Assembly (NCBI GenBank): GCA_963663965.2
Contig: CAXXFK010000007.1
Coordinates: forward strand, 64,001-128,000
Direction of reading: 5' to 3'
Length of the DNA: 64,000 nt
Source of the DNA: Sedimentisphaerales bacterium
GTDB lineage: Bacteria; Planctomycetota; Phycisphaerae; Sedimentisphaerales; SM23-30
The position numbers and the translations under genes were made by a program. The notes below the pieces were generated by a model, which was not told where the DNA came from, ran no database searches, and was given only the letters and a program-made list of their open reading frames with translations. Of the stretch, positions 10,212-19,037 are shown one piece after another. The first letter of the stretch is position 1; the number at the start of each line of letters is the position of its first letter.

Positions 10212-10280
10212 CATTATCCATCGCAGGAATTTGTTACAAGTAATAATCTCAAACAGCACGGTCTGGGTTCTACTGGTATA

Positions 10281-10370
10281 TTACTTTTCGGCAAGTATTC
10301 CCAGTGTAACGCCGGCAGCAAACAGGAGGGTAAAAAGAATCAGCAGGATGTAAAGGATGGTATCGTGCAT
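10281..10370 (-). CDS. Small single-pass membrane protein, 29 aa (MHDTILYILLILFTLLFAAGVTLGILAEK)
   Basis: Strong SD GGAGGTG just upstream of the ATG; one hydrophobic helix; lies in otherwise empty intergenic DNA, below the ORF-track cutoff. Confidence 0.6.
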   Translation of the reverse strand: MHDTILYILLILFTLLFAAGVTLGILAEK

Positions 10371-10517
10371 TTGTCACCTCCATAAGCATTGTTGTCAATG
10401 TATTCCGCTAGTATTTATTACGGATTGTCGCGTCGTTTTGTTCGTCGGTACAGATTCTCTCTATAAAAACAGTTTCATTATTCTTTCGTGAAATGCAGGG
10501 ATTGTTTTCGTATGGAT

Positions 10518-10546
10518 TTGAAAAAGCGGGATGGATTGCCTATTAT
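10518..10546 (+). promoter_or_regulatory. Sigma70-type promoter for metE
   Basis: TTGAAA-N17-TATTAT about 70 bp upstream of the ATG. Confidence 0.55.
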
Positions 10547-10617
10547 CTTTACATTGAGGCAATGACAGCGAGTTAAATTTGATTTTTGGAACATAACAAT
10601 ATAAGGAGTAATGCTTT

Positions 10618-12900
10618 ATGGTAAAATCAGCCAATCTGGGGTTTCCCCGTATCGGTAAGTTCCGTGAACTGAAAAAGGCGACCGAATCCTTTTGGAAGGG
10701 GGAAATAGACCAGGCGGAATTGGAAAAAAAGGCGCGTGAAATTCGCCGGGAAAACTGGTTGTTACAGCAGGCGGCCGGTATCGATCACATTCCATCGGGA
10801 GATTTTTCCTTTTATGATCTGGTTCTGGATACGACGGCCATGCTGGGCGCGCTCCCGGAACGGTTTAAGTTTTCCGGCGGCAAGGTTGATCTGACCACCT
10901 ATTTTTCGCTGGCTCGCGGCACTGACACCCTGCCCCCTATGGCGATGACAAAATGGTTTGACACCAATTACCATTACATTGTACCGGAATTTGAAAAGGG
11001 AATGGTATTTAAGCTCGCTTCAACTAAGATCGTGGATCAGTATCAGGAAGCGCGGGCGCTTGGAATTGAAACCAGGCCGGTTCTTATCGGGCCGGTGACC
11101 TATTTATTATCCGGCCAGTCAAAGAGTCGTGGCTTGGATCCCCTGGATCTGCTGGATAATATTCTGCCGGTTTATAAAGAGATATTGGGCCAACTGGCTC
11201 AGGCGGGCGCGCAATGGATTCAGATTGATGAGCCGGTACTGGCAACAGAATTAAACAATGAAGAAATCGCGGCAATCGTAAAAACATACACCGAATTAAA
11301 TGTTCCCGCCCTGGGGATGAAGCTTTGCCTGGCGGCCTATTTCGATAGCGTTGAAGATAAGCTGGAAGCCTTGGTTAAGCTGCCCATCAACGCGTTACAC
11401 CTTGACCTGGTGAGAGCGCCGCAACAGCTGGATAAAGTCCTAGCTCTGGCAGGAGATCAATTGATTTTGTCCTTGGGAGTGGTGAATGGGCGAAATGTCT
11501 GGAAGTGCGATTTAAGCCAGGCATTAGCCCCTGTTGAAAAAGCCATTGCGCAACTGGGGGCCGAACGGGTGATGGTTGCCCCTTCGTGTTCGTTGCTACA
11601 TAGCCCGGTCGATCTGGCGGCTGAAGAGAAACTGGAAGCTGAAATCAAAGAGCGCATGGCATTTGCCACACAGAAATTGCATGAAGTGGTTTTATTGCAG
11701 AAAGCGGGCAGTAAGGGCAAAACGGCTGTCGCCGATGCGTTGCAGGAAAATCAAGCGGTCTTTGATCGCGCCCGCGCTTCAACGCGCGTTAATAATCCCA
11801 AGGTGCGCCAGAGGCTGGCAAATTTAACAGAAGCCGACTTTAATCGCCGTAATTCATATCCCGGGCGCCGCAAGGCCCAACAGGCAAGCTTGAAATTGCC
11901 CCTGTTGCCAACAACAACGATCGGGTCCTATCCGCAAGTAACTGAGATACGAAAGGCACGGGCGGATTATAAGAAGGGTCAGATTAACGCAGTGCAATAC
12001 GAAGCGGCCATGAAGCGCCAAATTGAACGCGTCGTGCGTTTTCAGGAACAGGCCGATCTGGATGTATTGGTGCACGGCGAGCCGGAACGCAATGACATGG
12101 TTGAATATTTTGGCGAGCTGCTGGAAGGCGTGGCTTTTACCCAGAATGGCTGGGTGCAGAGTTATGGAACGCGTTGTGTCAAGCCGCCCGTCATCTGGGG
12201 TGATATCAGCCGCCCCAATCCCATGACGCTGGACTGGATTTTATTTGCCCAGTCGCTAACGGAGCGTTATATGAAAGGGATGCTTACCGGTCCGATAACT
12301 ATCTTGCAGTGGTCATTTGTTCGAGAGGATCAACCCCGCAGTGACACGGCTTATCAAATCGCTTTGGCTATTCGTGACGAAGTGTCCGACTTGGAAGCCG
12401 CGGGCATCAAAATTATTCAGATAGACGAACCGGCTTTCCGCGAAGGCGTTCCATTGCGCCGGTCACAATGGCCGGATTATTTTGACTGGGCGGTGAAGGC
12501 GTTCAGGTTGACGGCCAGTTGCGTAAAAGATGATACCCAGATTCATACGCATATGTGTTATTCGGACTTTAATGAGATTATCGCGCCGATTGCCGCCCTG
12601 GATGCCGATGTCATTTCGATGGAGGCGTCCCGTTCGGATATCCGACTGTTGAATGCGTTTGTTGATTACAAATATCCCAACGAAATCGGTCCGGGTGTCT
12701 ATGATATTCACAGCCCGCGAATTCCTTCGGTTGAAGAAATGAAAATCCGTGCTCTAAAGATGGCGGAAGTGATTGATAAAGAACAGCTTTGGATCAATCC
12801 GGACTGTGGCCTGAAAACCCGCGGCTGGCCGGAGATTGAGGCGGCATTAAAGAACATGGTAGTGGCCGCCCGCCAGGTTCGTCAGGAGTTGAGGGCCTGA
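10618..12900 (+). CDS. metE: Cobalamin-independent methionine synthase
   Basis: NLGFPRIG, MTKWFDTNYHY, PTTTIGSYPQ, HGEPERNDMVEYF, IHTHMCY and WINPDCGLKTR zinc ligands. Confidence 0.98.
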   Translation: MVKSANLGFPRIGKFRELKKATESFWKGEIDQAELEKKAREIRRENWLLQQAAGIDHIPSGDFSFYDLVLDTTAMLGALPERFKFSGGKVDLTTYFSLARGTDTLPPMAMTKWFDTNYHYIVPEFEKGMVFKLASTKIVDQYQEARALGIETRPVLIGPVTYLLSGQSKSRGLDPLDLLDNILPVYKEILGQLAQAGAQWIQIDEPVLATELNNEEIAAIVKTYTELNVPALGMKLCLAAYFDSVEDKLEALVKLPINALHLDLVRAPQQLDKVLALAGDQLILSLGVVNGRNVWKCDLSQALAPVEKAIAQLGAERVMVAPSCSLLHSPVDLAAEEKLEAEIKERMAFATQKLHEVVLLQKAGSKGKTAVADALQENQAVFDRARASTRVNNPKVRQRLANLTEADFNRRNSYPGRRKAQQASLKLPLLPTTTIGSYPQVTEIRKARADYKKGQINAVQYEAAMKRQIERVVRFQEQADLDVLVHGEPERNDMVEYFGELLEGVAFTQNGWVQSYGTRCVKPPVIWGDISRPNPMTLDWILFAQSLTERYMKGMLTGPITILQWSFVREDQPRSDTAYQIALAIRDEVSDLEAAGIKIIQIDEPAFREGVPLRRSQWPDYFDWAVKAFRLTASCVKDDTQIHTHMCYSDFNEIIAPIAALDADVISMEASRSDIRLLNAFVDYKYPNEIGPGVYDIHSPRIPSVEEMKIRALKMAEVIDKEQLWINPDCGLKTRGWPEIEAALKNMVVAARQVRQELRA

Positions 12901-12925
12901 AATTCGCGCTTTATAATAACCTTTT

Positions 12926-12962
12926 AAAAAGCCCTGCGGGTTAATGTCTGTGGGGTTTTTTT
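12926..12962 (+). terminator. Rho-independent terminator after metE
   Basis: AAAAAGCCCTGCGGG...TCTGTGGGGTTTTTTT hairpin (G-U pairs) with U-tract. Confidence 0.7.
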
Positions 12963-13184
12963 AAAAAACGGATCGGGAGAAATGGGTTGTCACATATCCT
13001 CCCCAGGGTGGCCGGCGGCGGGAAACCACCAGGCACTTATAGGTAACTTCTTAATTAGAAGTAAGATATAAAATCCGATGGAATGCTGACAGAGATGGAG
13101 CGGTGACTCCGGGAAACAGAATTCGTAAAAAATGTTGTTTTAAAAAATTTTTGCGGTTGAAATTTGTTTTAAATATCATATTGC

Positions 13185-13754
13185 ATGGTGTTGTCAGACC
13201 CTATTCAGGTATCAATTTCAAAGATGGATAACAATCAAAATCAAACACGTCAGTTTTTGGGCTTGCTGATTCCGAATCAGAAGCGGATTTATGCGTTTAT
13301 ATTATATTTAGTTCCAAGACATAATGACGCGGAAGATATTCTCCAGGAGACGCTGGCGGAAATGTGGCATAAGTTTGACCAGTTCCAGCCGGGCAGCGAT
13401 TTTGTGGCTTGGGGAGTAACAATCGCCAAATATAAAATATTATCCTGGAAGCAGAAGCAGACCAAGGGCAAATTGGTTTTTAATCCGGAAACCGAAGCGC
13501 TGATAGAATCGGAAACGCCCGAAAATATTAATCAGATGCAGGAACACCTGGTAGCGCTAAAAGATTGTATGGGACGGCTGCCGGCACGCGACAAGGATAT
13601 CATCCGTCAGCGTTATGAAGACAACAAAACCCTGGCGGCAATATCTACGGGATTTGGTATCAGCCTGCAGGCTGTCCATAAAACGATCTGCCGGATACAC
13701 GCCCGCCTGGTGCGCTGTATACGGCTGTCTCTGCAATCGGGAGAGAGAGCATGA
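13185..13754 (+). CDS. ECF RNA polymerase sigma-70 factor (Rhodopirellula/Verrucomicrobium-type)
   Basis: DAEDILQET, FQPGSDFVAWGVTIAKY and a region-4 HTH; overlaps the downstream FecR gene. Start may be 13224. Confidence 0.9.
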   Translation: MVLSDPIQVSISKMDNNQNQTRQFLGLLIPNQKRIYAFILYLVPRHNDAEDILQETLAEMWHKFDQFQPGSDFVAWGVTIAKYKILSWKQKQTKGKLVFNPETEALIESETPENINQMQEHLVALKDCMGRLPARDKDIIRQRYEDNKTLAAISTGFGISLQAVHKTICRIHARLVRCIRLSLQSGERA

Positions 13755-15415
13755 ACCCTTACGAGTCCCTTTTACGTGAAATGTCTGAATTAGTGCTGTT
13801 GTGTCTGGAGGACAGGATTAATCCCGACCAGATGGCTCACTTGGAAAGCCTGTTGCAAAGCAAGCCTGAGGCCAGGCAAATTTATTTTCAACTGCTTAAT
13901 GTTCATATTGGCATGCAGGACGCCGACAACCTGGTCGGAATGAATGGCCAACAACTTCGAACAACCCGAGTCAATGAATTATTGCATGAATTGAGCCGGG
14001 CCGAAAAAACACTACCGGCGGAGCCGGTGGAACTGCCCAGGCCGCCGGCCATAAATGATTTATCCCGCGATCGGATTCAATTATACCGTTTCGGCCGTAG
14101 AGATTTATCCCGGCTGTTAGTGGGGCTAGCGGCCATCATTGTTATGGCGGCCACCATTATATATTTCGATCGCACTCTTTTCAATGTGCCACAACAAAGG
14201 CCGGTAGTTGCCCGCATCCAGGAAACGATGAATACCGTTTGGCCGGATGGGGTTCATGAACTTCGGCAGGGAGACCCTGTTAAGCCGGGGGTATTAGATT
14301 TCGATGACGGCGCGATTCGTATTTTGTTTAATGATGGCGCCAGTGCGATTGTTCAGGGACCGGCCCGGTTCAGCTGTCGTACGGAGGATGAGATTTATCT
14401 TTATCGCGGCAATGTTTTCGTTTCAGTCCCCCCATCCTCAGTGGGATTTAAGGTTCGCAGCGATCGCTTCAGGGTGGTCGATCTGGGTACGGAATTTGGC
14501 GTGCAAATCAAACCGGACGGCTCCAACAGGATCCAGATGTATCGTGGCAAGGCTTCATTAATTGCCGGCCACAGTGAACATGACATTCTGCGAGGCGGCC
14601 AGGCCCGCAAGGTTGACGGCCAAACGGGCGCCATCGCCTCAGAGATTTATGAGCCCGAGGCTTTTATTCAACATATCGACAGCAAGCGTGGCATTGTATG
14701 GAAAGGCCAGCCGCTTGACCTGGCGGATATTGTCGGGGGTGGCGACGGATGGGGAACCGGCCAATATAGCATGGGTATAGATCTGGAAACAGGGAAGAAA
14801 CGCCTTGATCTTTCCGCGGACAAAACCATGCGCCCCTCCAAACGATTTATATTGACGCCTGATTTTCCTGGGATTGATTGTATTTTTATACCGGGATTCG
14901 ACGATCAACCGGCCCAAATCTCCTCAACCGGTCTGACTTGTGATGTGTTTCCGACAACGAATGGAAGAGTATGGGGCTATCTATTTAACGGCGCCTGGCA
15001 TAAGGGGACCGGGGTGCCCTATCATACTCACAAGCTGGATGGAGTTGATCTCGATTATGATCAATATCATGCCTTGAAGATTCATTCTAATCTGGGTATC
15101 TCCTATGACCTGAAATCGATCCAACTGGCGATGCCGGGGCTGCGTCCGGTTCGACTGCGGGCCCGGGCCGGCCTGTCTGAAACGGCCGCGTATTATACTA
15201 ACAAAATGCCCAGTGCGGTATTCTGGGTGTTGCTGGACGGTGAGGTTCGGCTGCGACGAGCTGTATTAATGAGCGATGGCGGGTTTGATATTGATATTCC
15301 GCTTTTACCAACAACCCGATTTGTATCGTTGGCGGTGACTGATGGAGGAGACGGCAACGCATACGATTGGGCCGTATTTATTAATCCGAATCTGGAATTA
15401 GAATATTGTCAATAG
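13751..15415 (+). CDS. FecR-type anti-sigma factor with C-terminal NPCBM/NEW2 domain
   Basis: N-terminal anti-sigma region, TM, FecR-like VVDLGTEFGV, C-terminal LAVTDGGDGNAYDWAVFINP. Confidence 0.85.
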   Translation: MNPYESLLREMSELVLLCLEDRINPDQMAHLESLLQSKPEARQIYFQLLNVHIGMQDADNLVGMNGQQLRTTRVNELLHELSRAEKTLPAEPVELPRPPAINDLSRDRIQLYRFGRRDLSRLLVGLAAIIVMAATIIYFDRTLFNVPQQRPVVARIQETMNTVWPDGVHELRQGDPVKPGVLDFDDGAIRILFNDGASAIVQGPARFSCRTEDEIYLYRGNVFVSVPPSSVGFKVRSDRFRVVDLGTEFGVQIKPDGSNRIQMYRGKASLIAGHSEHDILRGGQARKVDGQTGAIASEIYEPEAFIQHIDSKRGIVWKGQPLDLADIVGGGDGWGTGQYSMGIDLETGKKRLDLSADKTMRPSKRFILTPDFPGIDCIFIPGFDDQPAQISSTGLTCDVFPTTNGRVWGYLFNGAWHKGTGVPYHTHKLDGVDLDYDQYHALKIHSNLGISYDLKSIQLAMPGLRPVRLRARAGLSETAAYYTNKMPSAVFWVLLDGEVRLRRAVLMSDGGFDIDIPLLPTTRFVSLAVTDGGDGNAYDWAVFINPNLELEYCQ

Positions 15416-15512
15416 TTAGCATGTATAGCGAGTATTTTAATAAACGAATCCATTCCGGGGAAGCCGTGGCCCCGGAATGGCAAGATGGTCACGGCCTTGC
15501 GGAGGTTTACTA

Positions 15513-17591
15513 ATGAGAAAGTATTTTATTGTGATTTTGATTGTGCTGATGGCAAGTTGGGCCTCGGCAGAAATTATCTGTTATGATGGTTTCAATTATC
15601 CAGATGGCCCTATTAATGGTCAGGCGGGCGGAACCGGTTGGGATTGGGATAATACCCTGAGTACCCACACCAATGCCACATCAATCTGGACGAATGGTCC
15701 GACCATTATGGGTGGCGCATTAGTCACCAGCAATAACAATTCCCGGCGCACGTATGGCGGCGTGGATGATGCCGGCTATCGTTTGGCGGCTTTTCAGGGC
15801 GCCGGCGCGGTTTACTGCGGCGTTAAAATGACGCCCCAGGTCCAGCAAAACTGGCTGGGGGCAAGTACCTATGATTTCACAAATGAGCGCGTCTTTTTTG
15901 GTATGCCAAATACGAACGCGGGACTGGGAAATTTTGGCGTACAAATTAAAGGTGGCGCGACGGTGCGATGTGATATTCCCGTTAATATGGGCCAGGAATA
16001 TTACCTGATCTGCGTGGTCGATTTTGATGGCGATCAAGTGCGGATGTGGATCGACCCTTCCGCGGATGACTGGGATAACGGCGCCGGCGACAACTCCGCA
16101 GATGTTCAAATTGAATATACGGACACGTACTGGAGTACTTCTTTTCGGCTGGCCTCTGGCGGACAAACCCACTGGGACGATATTAAAATTGCCACGGCTT
16201 TTGCGGATTTGGTCCCGAGGGCGGCTTTGCATCCATCGCCTGAAAACGGACAGGAAAACATCCCCCTGAGTGTCACCTTGAGTTGGGATCCCGCCCGCGA
16301 TCAGGAAGATTATTCTCAACCCGATCCAGATATTGTTACGCACAAACTCTATGGCTCTTTCAACAACGAGCCGGGCGATCCTAATTTATATTATGTCGAT
16401 GAGATAACCAATACGGGCGAGCGGGCCTCATTTGGTCCACTAACTCTGGTTCGCGATACGACCTATTACTGGCGGGTTGATGAAGTTCTTAGTGACGCCA
16501 ATATGATAACCGGGACAACCTGGAGTTTTGAGAGCTTGCCATCCAATCCTATTGTCGATTCGTCATTACCGATGGATCAATTGGTATCGGTGGGCGATAC
16601 TGCTCAATTTTCCGCCCAGGGCACCAATCCCTTTGAGGGGCATGAGGATGCCATTGCCTATCGATGGTATGCCGTTTCGAGTGGCGCGCAATTGGCGGAA
16701 GGGGCCAAGTTCCAGGGTGTAGACAGCGCCACGTTGTCAGTACTGGACGTGCAATATGGCGACGAAGACAGTTTCTTCTGTGGCGTGACCAATACCTATG
16801 GCAATAGCGCCACGGTGTTTACGGGGTCTGCCCGATTGATTGTTAAGCGAATGATGCACCATTGGCCGCTGGACGTCGATCCCAATGATATTGTTGGCGA
16901 TTTGGATGGGACACTGGTTGGCGAGCCGGTGCTGGCGGAAGGAATGATTGGTAATGCGTATGAGTTCGCGCCCTTGGAATATATCCAGCTTCCGGTTTTT
17001 GATCGTCCGGATTACTTTACGGTTACCGCCTGGGCCAAAACCGCCGGAGCCAATGACCGGCATATCTGGGCCTGGACAAATGATATCAACGAGACAACCT
17101 ATACCAACCAGCGTGCCATGTTGTTCCGGATTCAAAATGGTTATGTGCAATATGGCGAAAACGGCATCTCGCCGGTAGGCTGGTTATCTGTAACCGGCGC
17201 CGGCGGTTTGAATAATGGCGAATATCAATTCGTTGCGATTACTTATGACAAGGGTGAAGTAAAACTTTATTCCAATGGCTTACAATCCGGATCGGGATCA
17301 ACCGCTGATTCTTTGCCGATGGCGGCCACTCAGCTGTCCATCGGTAACATGGGCGATCGGTCGCCATCCGCGAACACAATTAATGGTTCGATAGACGATG
17401 TACGATTCTTCAATTATGCCCTGGATCGTTATGAGATTGCTGAACTGTATCTTGACGTTGTGGGCGGATCGGTTTGTATGGACGGCTATCCAACCTATGA
17501 TTTTAATCTGGATTGCGTTGTCGATCTGGAAGATATGGCCAGCTTTATCAGTGAATGGCTGTTGGATAATCGGTTTTCCCTTCAGAATTAA
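15513..17591 (+). CDS. Secreted LamG/ConA-like jellyroll and Ig-domain protein with C-terminal dockerin-like motif
   Basis: GGAGG RBS, signal peptide, YYWRVDE, Ig-like region, GSIDDVRFFNYAL (LamG), terminal DFNLDCVVDLEDMASFISEWL. Confidence 0.85.
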   Translation: MRKYFIVILIVLMASWASAEIICYDGFNYPDGPINGQAGGTGWDWDNTLSTHTNATSIWTNGPTIMGGALVTSNNNSRRTYGGVDDAGYRLAAFQGAGAVYCGVKMTPQVQQNWLGASTYDFTNERVFFGMPNTNAGLGNFGVQIKGGATVRCDIPVNMGQEYYLICVVDFDGDQVRMWIDPSADDWDNGAGDNSADVQIEYTDTYWSTSFRLASGGQTHWDDIKIATAFADLVPRAALHPSPENGQENIPLSVTLSWDPARDQEDYSQPDPDIVTHKLYGSFNNEPGDPNLYYVDEITNTGERASFGPLTLVRDTTYYWRVDEVLSDANMITGTTWSFESLPSNPIVDSSLPMDQLVSVGDTAQFSAQGTNPFEGHEDAIAYRWYAVSSGAQLAEGAKFQGVDSATLSVLDVQYGDEDSFFCGVTNTYGNSATVFTGSARLIVKRMMHHWPLDVDPNDIVGDLDGTLVGEPVLAEGMIGNAYEFAPLEYIQLPVFDRPDYFTVTAWAKTAGANDRHIWAWTNDINETTYTNQRAMLFRIQNGYVQYGENGISPVGWLSVTGAGGLNNGEYQFVAITYDKGEVKLYSNGLQSGSGSTADSLPMAATQLSIGNMGDRSPSANTINGSIDDVRFFNYALDRYEIAELYLDVVGGSVCMDGYPTYDFNLDCVVDLEDMASFISEWLLDNRFSLQN

Positions 17592-17624
17592 AACGCCATA
17601 ACTTGTGAACCTTTTTTAATGTTG

Positions 17625-17664
17625 GGGCCCGCCTCATCTTGATTGATGAAGCGGGCCCATTTTA
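17625..17664 (+). terminator. Rho-independent terminator after the LamG gene
   Basis: GGGCCCGCCTCATC...GATGAAGCGGGCCC stem followed by ATTTT. Confidence 0.65.
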
Positions 17665-17848
17665 TTCATGCAGGTTAACGCGGTTGCCGGGCATACCACG
17701 AGGCGGTTTTTTCCTCTTTTTACTTTTTGACACCGATCTATAGAGTGTCAAGCTGGCAGGCAGGCGATTTTAGATTTGGCAGTTTTGGCCGGCATAACCC
17801 TCACTGAATATCCGGAAAATGCTTCGCCGCGCAAAGCACGGTCCAAGG

Positions 17849-17861
17849 CAAAGCGTTGATA
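17849..17861 (-). promoter_or_regulatory. IHF-consensus site
   Basis: TATCAACGCTTTG matches WATCAANNNNTTR; lies between a palindrome and a sigma54 promoter. Confidence 0.5.
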
Positions 17862-17944
17862 AATCATTAATTTGTAATTAAATATGATTATATTGTTCTT
17901 ATAATTGTCATCGAGCCGAAATCGGATAGACAAGAGTAATGGGA

Positions 17945-17961
17945 TTGGCACATTATTTGCA
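17945..17961 (+). promoter_or_regulatory. Sigma54 (RpoN) -24/-12 promoter
   Basis: TTGGCACATTATTTGCA = TGGCAC-N5-TTGCA with exact GG-N10-GC spacing, 40 bp before ATG 18001. Confidence 0.75.
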
Positions 17962-18000
17962 TTTAGTATAGATCAGAATAGCGAATGGCAAAGGCTTGCT

Positions 18001-18507
18001 ATGACTGAAAGAAAGTACAACTATAGTGATTTCAATGTCTTATTGAGCAAAACGCATTGGAATTGGCCCCAAGCGGTTTCCGATATATTTCAACCGCGCG
18101 GAGTTAACGCCATGATGGTTTCCAATGCCGACGAGATTGTTCGTATTGCCCAGGACAAAAGAATTCATCTGGCAATTGTTGATTCTGCCGAGACCGATGA
18201 ACAGGACGGTGTCCGGACAATCAAGGTATTGCGAAATCACTTTAAGTCTCTGCCTTGTATACTGTTAGCAGGGGAAAGCCCTCGCCGCCTGTTAGTGGAA
18301 GCCTTGGCGTTAAATGTATTTACCGTAATGAAAAAACCCGTAGACCTGAGCCTGTTGGCGGATCAGATTGACAGGATTTTCAAGAAATATTATGAGAGCG
18401 ATTTATTCGAATCTCGAAATGAGAAAAATGTTCAGAGAATTTCATTGATAAAAAAACACGGCCAGCCTATTTCCAAAATTATTGTGAGATGGCTGAAAAA
18501 ACAGTAA
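18001..18507 (+). CDS. Stand-alone response-regulator receiver-domain protein (atypical)
   Basis: HLAIVD...DGVRTIKVLR...LPCILL...KPVD REC pattern. ATG 18001 lies downstream of the sigma54 site. Confidence 0.75.
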   Translation: MTERKYNYSDFNVLLSKTHWNWPQAVSDIFQPRGVNAMMVSNADEIVRIAQDKRIHLAIVDSAETDEQDGVRTIKVLRNHFKSLPCILLAGESPRRLLVEALALNVFTVMKKPVDLSLLADQIDRIFKKYYESDLFESRNEKNVQRISLIKKHGQPISKIIVRWLKKQ

Positions 18508-18618
18508 TTAACAGGTATAAACCTGGAAAAAATAAAACGATCAAATTGCCAGTCAGGCAGAAAATAACAGTAAATATTAAACAATCTAACACCTTTACTC
18601 GAAAGGAGTTAAAATCCT

Positions 18619-18906
18619 ATGAAGATCAGACCTCTAGCCGATAAAGTTCTTATCGAGCGCGTTGAAGCCGAAACCATGACCAAAGGCGGGATTGTTCTGC
18701 CAGATTCGGCCAAAGAAAAACCACGTCGTGGCAAAGTTGTTGCGTTAGGCGATGGCAAACTGCTGGAAGATGGCAGCCGGGGAGAATTCCAGGTTAAAAA
18801 AGGCGATCTGGTACTTTTCAGCGCCTATGGCGGAACCGAAATTAAGGTCGATGGAAAAGAATATTTGATTATGGAAGAAAGCGATATCCTGGCAATTGTT
18901 GGATAA
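18619..18906 (+). CDS. groES: Co-chaperonin GroES
   Basis: [32 protein letters not shown]. Confidence 0.98.
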   Translation: MKIRPLADKVLIERVEAETMTKGGIVLPDSAKEKPRRGKVVALGDGKLLEDGSRGEFQVKKGDLVLFSAYGGTEIKVDGKEYLIMEESDILAIVG

Positions 18907-19037
18907 TATGGCAGAGTGAGGTTTGAATATTTAGCCGGCAAAGCCGGCATCACTGGATTTATCGCGCAGTGACATCAGATATTTCTGGCCTCCTGGTCCG
19001 TGAATAATATATACGTTTAAAATCAAGGAGATTCATA

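Noticed and set aside
10380..10617. SAM or cobalamin riboswitch upstream of metE
   Set aside because: No recognisable conserved core, and the predicted leader is only about 65 nt.
17727..17751. CIRCE element for groESL
   Set aside because: Arms and spacing differ from TTAGCACTC-N9-GAGTGCTAA, and it lies about 870 bp from groES; kept only as an enhancer candidate.
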